Shown here: positions 51,340-64,000 of the stretch, piece after piece | Numbering within the stretch: the stretch's first letter is position 1 | Layout of the letters: every line of letters starts with the position of its first letter | Origin: Eledone cirrhosa | Taxonomy: Eukaryota | Reading direction: 5' to 3' | DNA length: 64,000 nucleotides | Assembly (NCBI GenBank): GCA_964016885.1 | Contig: OZ024743.1 | Location: 325,624,001-325,688,000 of the forward strand | Translations under genes and position numbers: made by a program | The notes under the pieces: generated by a model | What the model saw: only the letters and a program-made list of their open reading frames with translations | Database searches by the model: none | Told to the model about the DNA's origin: nothing

Positions 51340-52330
51340 AGAGTGGAAGAAGTTGCTCCTCTCTCTATCCTTGTATGTGACATATAGAGGTGGGGACAAG
51401 TTACGCTGCCACCCCTCCTTGCATGCGAGATATAGAGAGAAGTTACTCCTCTCCCTCAACTTGTATGTGACATAGAGGAGGGGGAGAAGCTGCTCCTCCC
51501 CCTTTCTTTGTATGTGACATAGAGCAGGGGAGAGCTGCTCCTCTCCCTTTCTTTGAATGTGACATAGAGGAGGGGGAGAAGCTGCTCCTCTCCCTTTCTT
51601 TGTATGTGACAGAGGAGGGGGAGAAGCTGCTCCTCCCCCTTTCTTTGTATGTGACATAGAGCAGGGGAGAGCTGCTCCTCTCCCTTTCTTTGAATGTGAC
51701 ATAGAAGAGGGGGAGAAGCTGCTCCTCCCCCTTTCTTTGTATGTGACATAGGAGGGGGAGAAGCTGCTCCTCTCCCTCAACTTGTATGTGACATAGAGCA
51801 GGGGAGAGCTGCTCCTCTCCCTTTCTTTGAATGTGACATAGAGGAGGGGAGAAGCTGCTCCTCCCCTTTTCTTTGTATGTGACAGAGGAGGGGGAGAAGC
51901 TGCTCCTCCCCCTTTCTTTGTATGTGACATAGAGGAGGGGGAGAAGCTGCTCTTCCCCCTTTCTTTATATGTGACATAGAGGAAGGGGAGAACCTGCTCC
52001 TCCCCCTTTCTTTGAATGTGACATAGAGGAGGGGGAGAAGCTGCTCCTCCCCCTTTCTTTGAATGTGACATAGAGGAGGGGGAGAAGAGGTTAACAGGTG
52101 GAGGGGACAAAGCTGCTCCCCAACTGCTCATCTCCTTTCTAACATATAGAGGAAAGAGGAGATAATTGGGATGGGGAAGACATTGTACCTCCTCGCTCTT
52201 CTGATATGAGACATATGGAGGAGAGAGAAGGGCCTAATAGGGGAGTAGAAGTTGCTTCTCCCCTTCACCTTGCATGTGACATATATAGGAGGGCAGACAG
52301 AAGGGTTTAATAGGAGAGAGGGGAAAGTTG
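51340..52330. repeat. ~46-bp purine/pyrimidine minisatellite with palindromic unit
   Basis: TGTATGTGACATAGAGGAGGGGGAGAAGCTGCTCCTCCCCCTTTCTT, ~14 conserved units with degenerate edges. Confidence 0.93.
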
Positions 52331-52574
52331 CTGCCCCTCTGTCTCCTTCCTATTTAACCCTTCTGTCTAGTCCCTTCTTCCAGGACATTGCCCCTAATAC
52401 TAACAATTAGTCTGCCACACATCATAAGATGTGAGATTGGTACAATGAGGGAAAATCAAATAGGTAAAAGAGAAGGAGGAGGAAGTTTTACAAGAAGAAA
52501 TAAGACAAAAGATATATATATATATGTGTATGTACATGTGTATTTATATATATATGTGTATATATATATATATA

Positions 52575-52623
<49 letters not shown>

Positions 52624-52667
52624 ACATAAGTGTATTTATATGTGTGTGTGTAAATATATTATATATG

Positions 52668-52714
<47 letters not shown>

Positions 52715-52715
<1 letters not shown>

Positions 52716-55225
52716 GATACATAGAACATTCGAACATAAAACATTAGAATATTCTTCAAAAAACTAGGCCTAAGTAGTACCTACGAACTGAATCATAAAA
52801 AGGCAAACTTTCTAGACGTAACTCTAAATCTAAATACGGGATTAATAGAACCCTTCCACAAAAATAATGAAAATCTGGCCTACATTAGTTATAACTCAAA
52901 CCACCCCCGATCCATAATCAGATCCATAGCACGTAGTATATCCCTTAGAATATCCCGCTTATCCTCAAACCTAGAAATTTTTAATGAGCATGCTAACTAT
53001 TATAACGTGGCATTACATAGGGCCGGACACAAAGAAAAGCTACAGTTTATAACGGATAAGGACAACTCAAACAAACCCACTAACACTGACACCAACTGCT
53101 CACACAAAAATAGAGGTAACAGGACTAGACATAGAGTTAGGTAAATAGCACCTAGAGTAGGTGGTCCAAACACGAATAATGTAAACCCTAGAAACTATAG
53201 AAGAATTAGAGAAAGAAAATATCTATGGTTTAATCCAATCTTCAACTCCTCTGTAAAAACTAGACTGTCTTCTACGTTTTTTAAACTAATAGATAAGCAC
53301 TTCCCTATATCACATAAATATCATAAAATCCTCAATAGAAAAACTATAAAACTCTCATACTCTACGGCTGCAAATATAGAATCCCACATATGCAAGATCA
53401 ACCACAGAAATACCTCTAGGGAAACCACCCCACCTATACGCAACATAGCACCAAATTCTAAACATAAACACATCACCGTATCACAACCACAAACGCATAT
53501 GAGCGCGCTGCAGCAAAACCTCAACGGCCATGAATCACAACCCACTTATAGCAGTGTACAAAACAGCAATGTGGAAACTGCACGGAATAACACCTCAAAC
53601 TGCAATTGTCACCTACCGGATAGGTACCCATTGGCGAACAGGTGCCTTGATTCGAGCCTAGTGTACATGTGTACGGTGAACTTGGGCAACTCCACCTGGC
53701 ATTACATTGGATCCACCGAGGGTACATTTAAAAAAAGATGGTATGTGCACAGACACTCAATGAAGAACTATGCACTTATAGCTTCTACGACCCTCGCCAA
53801 AAAAATCTGGGAACTTAAGGACAATAACATCGACTACAACATCAACTGGTTGAGGTTGTCGGCCGAAAGGGCATATAGTACCAGTATGTCCTATTGTAGG
53901 CTCTGTGACCTTGAATTACTGTATATCCTTAGGAACGATAAAAGGCTACTCAACAACAAAATAGAAAGGTCAATTTTCTGCAGATACAGGATCGCCACTA
54001 AATTCACAAGATTTAAGCCACAGTGATTTGAACCAACATAACTTAGCATTCAACATATGAAATCCGCACTCTCACACAGACCACCACAGAACTATAATAT
54101 TCTTTAAACAGCTTCTAGCCTCCTTAATTCTATATCACAGTAATGTCTGCAAATATCTTATCAACCCATAACTATATCTCTTCTCGGCTGCTGTCAACAC
54201 CACCTCCTCACATTAGCACTCATGATTTTCAAAAGATGAACTTAATTCTAAGTACATTATTTTACTACTACCACAGTCCTTGAAATATCACTTTCCTCCT
54301 GTTGTTATAATGAACACCCCAATGTATCCGTAATAGTATTCATCATGTTCCCTATATATACCTTGCTTTCTTAACCTCTGTATTACCTTATTGCCTATTT
54401 TGTTGTTATTGTTGTCTTATTCATGCATGATTTGTTATTGATGCTGTGAAAGCTAAACAACCCCCATGATTCGAACTAACAATCCCTACATCTAATATAG
54501 ACCACTTAAATAATAAATCCACTTTACACCACATAAAAATTACCATCCTCACTACAATGAAAATATTTTATCTGTCAGATAATAAATAAATCTTACGGTC
54601 AGCAAACTTACATTAAAGTAAATGGTCCATTGTTTCAAGCCCCAGGTTATCTCTACACTATATATAGTGTACCCCATGACAGCTTTCACATGTCACTTTC
54701 ATACATCTGTTTTGTATCAGTTCGTTTTACATGCTAAAGTCATCAGTATACTCTATTTCTTACTTAGATTGATGTGATTGTTTTAACTATTTACTATCTA
54801 GCTAATTTATTTGAGTATTGTTATTATAGTTCTGATTAAATGCCACTACTATATATAGAAGCCCTGCCTGTATATATCCTTCATTCTCGCATGCTCTGAT
54901 GAATAGACTGGTTATAACAAAGTATTGGTGATCGGTTGACGCAAAAACAGGCGGGTAGCGATCTCTAGACCTACCAGTTCAGAGAAACAATTGTCAGCAA
55001 TGTGAATAAAGCCCTTATTGTATAGCAAACCATGTCACTCTTCTTTCTTGATCTATTATTGCTCCAAGTGTAAACTACATAGAAATCACCGCGTACTCTC
55101 AGCATCACTATGAAAATGTCTTGTTGAGTCAAACTTAACCAAACGTTAGTACTATCCACTACTCAGAGTACCCTAACTGGACTACATCTAAGTGGACTAC
55201 CTATAACAATAATTTGTTATGCCGT
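52715..55225 (+). mobile_element. 5'-truncated Penelope-like element (RT C-terminus, Cys-rich linker, GIY-YIG endonuclease, terminal repeat with hammerheads)
   Basis: Translations ANFLDVTLNL..YISYNSNHP, LWFNPIFNSSVKT..LIDKHFP, CNCHLPDRYPLANRC, LVY..HYIGSTEGTFKKRW..H, CRLCDLE..LLN (53499-54026). Confidence 0.88.
54890..55002 (+). ncRNA. type I hammerhead ribozyme with minimal palindromic stem III and expanded stem II
   Basis: TGCT-CTGATGA(54896)-81 nt-GAAAC(54984)-AATT-GTC-AGCA; stem I TGCT/AGCA. Confidence 0.65.
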
Positions 55226-55239
55226 ATACATATATATAT

Positions 55240-55834
55240 AACGAATTGAGAGAGAGACTGAGCATAAGAGGAATCAAATGCTGTGTGCAGGAGAGGCGGT
55301 TGCGTTGGTATGGACATGTGATGCGTATGAAGGATGACAGCTGCATAAAAAGGTGCAGAGCACTAGAAGTCGATGGAAACCGCGGAGTGGGGAGACCCAA
55401 GAAGACCTGGGATGAGGTGGTAAAAGCCAACCTTACCCAATTACACCTCTCAAAGGCGATGACACATGACCGTGACCTCTGGTGTCACACAGTAATATAG
55501 AAGACCCGACCCCCCACGGGTACAAGCCGAAACTGAAGCATATAGACAATATGCCCCCACACCCTCCCACTGTAAAGTGGTCGTGGAGGTGCTACGGCAA
55601 AAAAGCACCCAGACCACACTGTAAAGTGGACGTGTAGGCGCCACGGAGAAAAAGCACCCAGCACTCACTGTAAATGAAGTTGGTGTTAGGAAGAGCATCC
55701 AGCTGTAGAAATCAAGCCAGAATCAGTTCCCATATGAGCAAGGCATGGTCAGCCGACTGGCTTCTGCCCACAACAGGACAACCCGTCTAACCTATGGAAG
55801 AACGGATGTAAAACAATGATGATGATGATGATGA
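55240..55834 (+). mobile_element. RTE LINE 3' fragment (subfamily B)
   Basis: NELRERLSIRGIKCC...GRPKKTW; modular 3'UTR; (GAT)n tail. Confidence 0.9.
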
Positions 55835-56182
55835 TTTATGAGAGAGTGAGAGGGTCCTGAAGGGTATTTCACTGGAGCTATTATTTTAAAAAAAACAGTT
55901 TTATGTCATTGAGATAAAGAAGAGAAGTTTTGTTACTTGAGCAAGTAACTTGTTGTTGTAGCAATGTTGTTGTTGATGGAGGCTTTCAAGTCAAACATTG
56001 TAAAACAGTGGACTCAGTAATTAGAATGCCCTTCAGTACGTGACTGGTAAAATAATGAACTTGACAAGAGAGACCTGAGGTGTGGCCTTCTACTGATAAC
56101 AACTGGAACATTCCTTCAAAACATACCTTGTCATCTAATATAAGGGAAGGATACATTAGATAATATAGTCTTACATGCTCCT

Positions 56183-57320
56183 TAAATAATGGGATGGTCA
56201 GTTGAAATATAACCCTACACACACCTAAAATAATGGGAGGTCAGCTGAAATGTAACCTACACACCCTTAACATAATGAGATGGTCAGTTGAAATATAACC
56301 CTATACACCCTAAAATAATGGGATGGTCAGTTGAAATGTAACCCTACACACCCCTAAAATAATGGGATGGTCAGTTGAAATGTAACCCTACACACCCCTA
56401 AAATAATTGGATGGTCAGTTGAAATATAACTCTATACACCCCTAAAATAATGGGATGGTCAGTTGAAATGTAACCCTACACACCCCTAAAATAATAGGAT
56501 GGTCAGTTGAAATGTAACCCTACACACCCCTAAAATAATTGGATGGTCAGTTGAAATATAACCCTATACACCCCTAAAATAATGGGATGGTCAGTTGAAA
56601 TGTAACCCTACACACCCCTAAAATAATTGGATGGTCAGTTGAAATATAACCCTACACACCCCTAAAATAATGGGATGGTCAGTTGAAATGTAACCCTACA
56701 CACCCCTAAAATAATTGGATGGTCAGTTGAAATGTAACCCTACACACCCCTAAAATAATAGGATGGTCAGTTGAAATGTAACCCTACACACCCCTAAAAT
56801 AATAGGATGGTCAGTTGAAATGTAACCCTACACACCCCTAAAATAATAGGATGGTCAGTTGAAATGTAACCCTACACACCCCTAAAATAATAGGATGGTC
56901 AGTTGAAATATAACCCTACACACCCCTAAAATAATAGGATGGTCAGTTGAAATGTAACCCTACACACCCCTAAAATAATTGGATGGTCAGTTGAAATGTA
57001 ACCCTACACACCCCTAAAATAATAGGATGGTCAGTTGAAATGTAACCCTACACACCCCTAAAATAATAGGATGGTCAGTTGAAATGTAACCCTACACACC
57101 CCTAAAATAATAGGATGGTCAGTTGAAATGTAACCCTACACACCCCTAAAATAATAGGATGGTCAGTTGAAATGTAACCCTACACACCCCTAAAATAATA
57201 GGATGGTCAGTTGAAATATAACCCTACACACCCCTAAAATAATAGGATGGTCAGTTGAAATGTAACCCTACACACCCCTAAAATAATAGGATGGTCAGTT
57301 GAAATGTAACCCTACACACC
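56183..57320. repeat. 44-bp tandem satellite, ~26 copies
   Basis: AAATAATAGGATGGTCAGTTGAAATGTAACCCTACACACCCCTA repeated head to tail with no spacers. Confidence 0.97.
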
Positions 57321-57689
57321 TGTTATAAACCTGTATAGTTCCTGACAACAATGTACAAAATTCTCACACCAGTTCTAATTGAACACACAATTACATTTTC
57401 TTTATCAACAACAATATTTTTCCTGGTGAACAAAAAGGATGTAAATGTTCTTGATATGGATGGAAAGATCAACTTTTAATCAACAAAATGATCTTTAACT
57501 TCTTCAGTGCCATAGATGAGATAACTCGTCCTAACATGTGTGAACTCCCTTTCAAAGCTAGATGGAGTTACTAGTTTATTGATGTGACGTTTGTCAATCA
57601 AAATAGTCATTTTACTGGAAAAAAAAACTCGGCACAGCAACTGTAGTTGTGTAAACTATATTTGGCTGTCAACAGGTTAATTACAAGAA

Positions 57690-59445
57690 GCACAAGAATC
57701 TCTCAAGTGTCATGGATAGACTCTTAAAAAGCCTTTGATAGCTTTCTTCACAGCTGGATTAAAGAATGCCTTGAGATATTCAATCTTACCTGTAATCAGG
57801 AAGTTTTTGGAAGACAACTTTAATTCTTAACACCACCACCCAATTATTAACTCTGGAGATATCAATATGAAACGTGAGATCTTCCAAGAGGAATCACTAT
57901 CCTCTGTATTGTTCTGCTTGGCACTGATTCCCCTAAGCAAATTACTAAATGAAACTGAATATGGATATAAGACTTAGGAAACAAACCTCAATCAATTTTT
58001 CTATAGGGATGATTTGAAAGTTTTTGCAAAAAAAAGATCAGCAATTAGAAAGACTCCTTAAGATGGTCAAAAACGTTAGTGATGACATCAAAATGGAATT
58101 CAGGTTTGATAAATGTGACAAGGCTACATTTGCCAAGGAGAAATTATTACCCACCAACAATACTTTATTAGATAAGGATATGACAATAAAAGAATTAGAA
58201 CCAAAGGGCAATTATAAGTATCTAGATGTCTGTGAAGGAGACAGTGTTAAGCATTCAATGATGAGAGAAAAAATAAGAAAATAATGTTATCAAAGAGTCA
58301 GAACCATTCTGAAGTGTGACTTAAATGCCAGAAACAAAATAGAGGCCATTAATACATTAGCCATACCAGTAATTACATACAGCTTCATCATTATTAATGG
58401 GTCACTTTCAGAAATTTGCAAAATTGATGTCAAAATCTAAAAGCTACTAACAATGCACCATATACATCACCCAAAAGTGGATGTAAATCACTTGTATCTC
58501 CCTAGAAAAGACTGAGACCATGGGTTAAAACAAATTCAACTGTCAATTAAGACAGTCACCAATGGACACTTTTATGTACTTAGAACAGACAAGGAATTGG
58601 ATGTTAAAACTGGTATCAAAACATGAAGGGCACATAAGCTACACTCTATAACAAAGAATACAAAGAAGCACCTTCAAGAAATGTAATTAATAGGGTGAGA
58701 ATTCAATGGTAAATGTTTTCCTTTGCTGAAATAACTAAACAAATAAAGAATAAGGAAAAACAAACCAGCCTGTGTGGTATATTAGGGGAAAATGGACACA
58801 AAAACCTGTGCTGTCCAACCTGGAATTATAAATATCACATTTAAAAAAATTATATTGAACCATTGTGTTGTGTATGTCAGGAAAAACCAGGGACAAAAGA
58901 TCACATTGTCTCTAGACACAGCTGATTTACACTTGCAACGGCATGATAGAGCAGTTCAGTACATACACTAGGGGATATGCCACACATACAATCTCCCTCT
59001 GGCAGGAGCAAACATCACAACATGTCACTCGAAATACTGACGTCTCAAGCCTCTGGAATTTCAGTATTCAATCAGCCAGATAATATCATTAAAAATTTTG
59101 TTGAATTAACTTGTCTTCTAATAGATGTCACAGCCCCAGCTGACAAAAACATCTCTCTAAAAACATTTGAGAAACTCAGTAAATACAAGGACCTTGAAAT
59201 AGAAATTAGCAGAATGTAATATCTCAAAATAATTATGTTACCTGTAGTCAATGGGGCACTAGGAATGATACCCAAAGGTGCAAACAATTATATAGCCTAA
59301 ATACCTGGCTGTTCAAAAATCAGTTAGTTATAAAAACATTATTCTCGTGGGTACTTTGTAGAAGTTTTTATCCATGTAAACGTGGGCTCCAGAAGCCATA
59401 GTGAAAGCAACCCGTCTAGGAGAGTAGACACTCCAAATAAAAACT
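57690..59445 (+). mobile_element. decayed R4/Dong-like non-LTR element (RT + restriction-like endonuclease)
   Basis: Remnants KAFDSFLHSWI, IFQEESLSSVLFCLALIPLS, FYRDDLK, FDKC, YKYL, RHDRAVQYIH, NQPD..LLIDVTAPADKNI..EKLSKYKDL. Confidence 0.8.
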
Positions 59446-59763
59446 AAAACAGGGTTGAGAGGACTCTTGTGTTTAGTAAAACAACCTCTCTAGGGATGGT
59501 GGCATGAATAATGCACCCAGTCCATACTGTAATAGGAAGGGTATCCAGCCAGAAAAACCCTGCCAAAACATGATGATGAAGATCATCATCATCATCAGGA
59601 AAACCCATGCAAGCATGGAAAAATGGATGTAAAAATGATAATGATGATGATGATGATGATGTAGGCACAAAAATTATACATTCAAATATACATGCACTCA
59701 AACATATATACACATTCACATGTTTTAAAGTAAAATTTCTCGATTATTTTAATTATTTTACTA

Positions 59764-60108
59764 GGAGGCACATGGCTTAGTGGTTAGAGCATTGGCCTTG
59801 CAATCGAAAGGTGTGAGTTCAATTCTCAGACCGGGTGATGTGTTGTTTCCTTGAGCAAGACACTTTATTTCACATTGCTCCAGTTTACTCAGCTGTAGAA
59901 ATGAGATGATAGGGACTGGGGTCCATATCATTCCACTGCAAAGTGGTCGTGGACTTGCCACGGCAAAAAAGCACCCAGCACTCACTGTAAATGAGGTTGG
60001 TGTTAGGAAGGGCATCCAGCAGTAGAAATCAAGCCAGCATCAGTTCCCGTCCCACCCTTGCAAGCAGGGAAAAAGCGGACGTAAAATGAAATGATGATGA
60101 TGATGATG
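59764..60108 (+). mobile_element. complete tRNA-head CORE-like SINE with RTE subfamily-B tail
   Basis: A box TGGCTTAGTGG, B box GAGTTCAATTC, CORE-like body, tail matching 55568-55830, (GAT)n end. Confidence 0.88.
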
Positions 60109-60234
60109 AATCTTAAAACTATATGGTATATCACCTTTTAACACTGATGAGCTGGTTGTCTCTTTGGGTTTCTGGTTGAATCTGGGAGGCAACTCATACA
60201 AACAAAAGCTAAGGCAAAGGCAAAATATAATAAT

Positions 60235-61335
60235 AGTAATGGTTTCTACTAAGGGCACAAGGCCAGCAATTTGGGGGTGGGGGGGTCGATTAAATTGACC
60301 CCAGAGCATTACTGTGCTTTATTTTATCAACCACATAAGGATGAAAGGCAAAGCTAACCACGGTGGGTGCACCTGAGCACTGTACACAATTATTTCATTA
60401 TTATTATTATATTATTAGTTGAACTCAGAACGTAAAGGGCCATAACTCTGTGCCATAAATCATGCTGTCCAACTCTCTACCAATACTGCTAACCAACTGC
60501 TGTTATATAAGAATAATAATAATAATGGTTTCTGATTTAGGCACAAGGCCGATACTTTTGGGGAAGGGATGAGTTGATTAAATCAACCCCAATGCATTAC
60601 TGGTACTCTATTTTATCGACTCCATAAGGATGAAAGGCAAAGCTAACCTCAGCGGGATTTGATCTCAGAACGTAAAGGGCCATAACTCTGTACCGCAAAG
60701 CATGTTGTCCGACACTACTGATTCTACCAATCCAATCTTATATATAAAGTAATAATTGTTTCTACTTTAGGCACAAGGCCAGCAATTACCCAGTGCATTA
60801 CTGGTACTTTAAATGGTATTATTGTTAGGAACATAGGTAACTAAGATGCAGCTCCTGGACTGTCTGTGAAAACAGTGACTCTCATTGAGTGCTAGCAAGG
60901 TAAAGCAGATGTTAAACAATTGTTTCTACTTTAGGCACAAGGCCAGCAATTACCCAATAAATTACTGGTACTTTATTTTATCGACCCCGTAAGGATGAAA
61001 GGCAAAGTCAACCTCGGCGGGATTTGAACTCAGATCGTAAAGAGACGTAACTATGCTGGAAAGCATGGCGTCCGACACTCTACCGATACTGCCAATCCAC
61101 CGCAGATGTTAAACAATGATGATGATGATGATGTTTTTAATTTAGGCACAAGGCCAACAATTTTGTAAAGAGGAAGTTGATTACATCAACCCAGTAGTGA
61201 ACAAGGTACTATGTTTTCTCAAAAACCAGAAGGGTGAAAGGTAAAGTTGACTTGTTGTTTCTAGTTTGGTCCAAGGCCAGGAATTTGGGGGTAATGTTGA
61301 CCTCGGTGGAATTTGAACTCAGAATGCAAAGAGCT
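60235..61335 (-). mobile_element. cluster of 5-6 co-oriented second-family SINE copies/fragments
   Basis: GGCACAAGGCC and GGATGAAAGGCAAAG...TTTGAACTCAGA repeated at ~60253, 60540, 60770, 60933, 61145. Confidence 0.75.
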
Positions 61336-61349
61336 TCTATTCAACACTT

Positions 61350-62365
61350 CCTAACACACCATCACCACCACAACTACCTACACCTCCACCACAACCACCA
61401 CCATCACCACTACTACATACACCTCCACCATGGCAACCAACATAACTACCAACACCATCATCATCATCATCACCACTACCACAACCAACACAACCATGAC
61501 CACCACCACATGCAGCACCAACACCAACACCACCACCACCACCAATACTACTAACATAACCAATGCAACCATGATCACCACCACCACAGCTACAAACAAC
61601 ACAACTAGGACAACCACCATCACCACTACCACTACCACAAAAACCAATAGAACCACCAACACCAAACACTACTGTCAACACAAATAACAGCAACACCAAA
61701 ACCTCCATCACTAAAACTTCTAACAACCACCACCACTATGGCCACTCCATCACCACCATTCCAACAATACCTCCACCATCCTCACATCTTCCAACACCTT
61801 CATTAGATCTATCACCACCATCACCAACAACACCATCACAACTTCCAATACTCTCATCACCACCACCAACAACAACAAAAACAATAACGCCACCACCACC
61901 ACCATCTTCACAACTTTCAGCATTCTCATTGCATTCACTGCTGCTGCCACAGCCACACCATCACTATGACCACACTGCCACCACCACACCTCCAACACCG
62001 CACTACCACACCAAAGCCACCAGCACTATTACAAACTACTACCATCACCACCATCTCCACAACTTCAACTTCCAACACCTCATTGCATTCACTGCTGCTG
62101 TCACCACCACCACATCAGCATTGCCACCACTGCCATACCAGCACCACCACTACCACACCACCGCTACACCAGCATCACACCCCACCACCACATCACAATC
62201 ACTGTCACACCAGCATTACACCCCACTACCACATCACAACCGACACCAGGCCATACCACCACCACACCACCTTCACAGCCCCCCCCCCCCCCCACCACCA
62301 CCACCACCACCACCCCCACCCCCACCCCCACCACACCAGCACCACCACCAACTCCGCCACAAACC
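61350..62365. repeat. (CAC/CAA)n low-complexity tract
   Basis: Direct reading. Confidence 0.9.
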
Positions 62366-64000
62366 CAATCTGTAACAATAAACTACATGAATTTGGAACC
62401 AATTTAGTGAACAGTGGGTCACAGTTTTAGTGGAGAATACAGCAAAATGTTTTGTTATGTTTTAATGCTGTGTTTCTGATGTCTGTATATATATATGTAA
62501 AGGTTGGTGGTGGTAGTTATGGCATTATCTGTGACATTTAGAAATAATATACTTATCCCCTGGTTACATTTACATACTTTTGTTAAGAACGGAAACCAAC
62601 CACAAAAGTTGTGGTCACTCCTTAAGTCTATCTAGGGTGTTGGAGTGTAGCCATGCCCTCACTTAAGTTAATTGCTATAGAAAGTATCGAGTGAGGATGT
62701 CAAACAGAGGATATTTCTTCAACTAAATTTTACAAATATATATCATAATAACTGAACAGCTTTTTTTGTCTGTCTATCACACACGAATGCTACTATATGT
62801 CAAAAAAAAGAAAAAAGTTTTGTAGAAGTGAGTAGATTTGTTTTTCATGGAAAAAACACTACTGTACAATATACATTAATCCACACATGGATTTAGAAAT
62901 TCTACTTTACCAAACTAAGCATAAAGAGCTAATAAGGAAATATGAAAAATCTTTCATAAAATTTATCAAATAAACATATATACATATATACATATGTATG
63001 TATTGTTTTGGTGTGTTGTTTATCCATTTACTTTTCACATATGTAGATATGACATTCTCCCTAGTGTCAGCAATTTACATGATAAATACACCCAGTACAT
63101 GCTGTCAAGTGTGAAAGTGTACGTAAATGAGATGTATACTGTCTGAGAAGTTAGTAGTCTTGCTTCAGTACTGACTTGGCTTGCAGAAGACCTGTCCAAC
63201 CCAAAAGCAAACATTAAATGATGATGCTAGTTGTTTGAACAAATCTCATGACAAAAGAAAGAGTATTCAACAGAATACTCTGAAAATAAAGATAAATATT
63301 ATATATATTCACAATGTAGAATCTAATAAAACATGTTACTCAAAGTTTCAGATAAACACCTATGGAAAATAGGTATTGATTTAAATCAATACTGGAATAA
63401 ATCAATAGAGATATTAAATTTAAATTTCTCAGTTATAACTTGACTGTTCGGAAGTCTTTCATGTCCAAAGGAAATAGTCTTCCTTCTGTTTGCACTGAAC
63501 CCTGGGAGAAATGCTCATAGACTGCTTTATTGTGAAGCAAGAAAAAAAGAGATATTAGAGGGATCAGACAGCAGGGACATCTATGACAAAAGAATTGCAC
63601 CCCTTGTTATGACATCTGACCATAAAATAATATATAAGACTAACTTTAGCAGGCAGATATTGCATAATAGCAACATATGAGTAATAAGAAATGCCATGTG
63701 GAGCACTTGTTCAGCAAGGGCTCCACATGGGTTAAACAATCTTTGATGTTAGTATAGGATTGTTTGATGGAGCTGATATCTGTGACCTTGTAGGATTATA
63801 TGCATGTTACATGAGTGAAACTTCACAGTAAACTATCACTATAAAACATTATATTCATTCTATATTCAGTATATGAGTCCTTCAATCCGTGCATGTTTAG
63901 TATGTTTATCACACAAACTTATAAAATAAGCATATATACATATATATATATTTGTGTGTGCGCATATATATTTGTATATGTGTCATCATTACCATCATTG

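Noticed and set aside
51331-52131. 266-aa repetitive ORF / CRISPR-like palindromic repeats
   Set aside because: Minisatellite translation; no spacers; indels shift the frame between units.
56183-57320. Possible CRISPR array
   Set aside because: Head-to-tail units with no unique spacers, no cas genes, eukaryotic context.
59764-59835. tRNA gene
   Set aside because: A/B boxes present but no complete acceptor stem; continues into SINE body and tail.
61234-62430. His/Thr/Pro-rich proteins (also 29452-29809)
   Set aside because: (CAC)n low complexity open in several frames; no splice or domain support.
63440-63760. Possible host exons near the window end
   Set aside because: No convincing splice-site pair or recognisable peptide.

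Overview
Eukaryotic, AT-rich, repeat-dominated DNA; the repeat complement (long (TA)n/(CAT)n microsatellites, RTE LINEs with (GAT)n tails, CORE-type tRNA SINEs) suggests a mollusc, probably an octopus (inference). Only one convincing host coding region is visible: an uninterrupted 636-aa ORF (41583-43493, +) with an N-terminal C3HC4 RING finger, a coiled coil and no B-box. The rest is mostly mobile DNA: about ten copies or fragments of PHD-finger-bearing RTE LINEs, one with a single stop and nearly all embedded in (TA)n runs; a second LINE family copy with a twin-priming 5' inversion and an 11-bp TSD; a Tx1/L1 3' fragment with a palindromic TSD; a Penelope-like element; a decayed R4/Dong RLE element; a hAT remnant; a non-autonomous Helitron; TTAA MITEs, one self-nested; modular SINEs, one carrying the 3' tail of the local RTE; and several mini/satellites. 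The most unusual signal is a set of type I hammerhead-ribozyme motifs with non-canonical stem II (U.U closing pair, 81-nt insertion, fold-back palindrome) in Penelope-type terminal repeats. All calls were made by eye; coordinates of degenerate elements are approximate.
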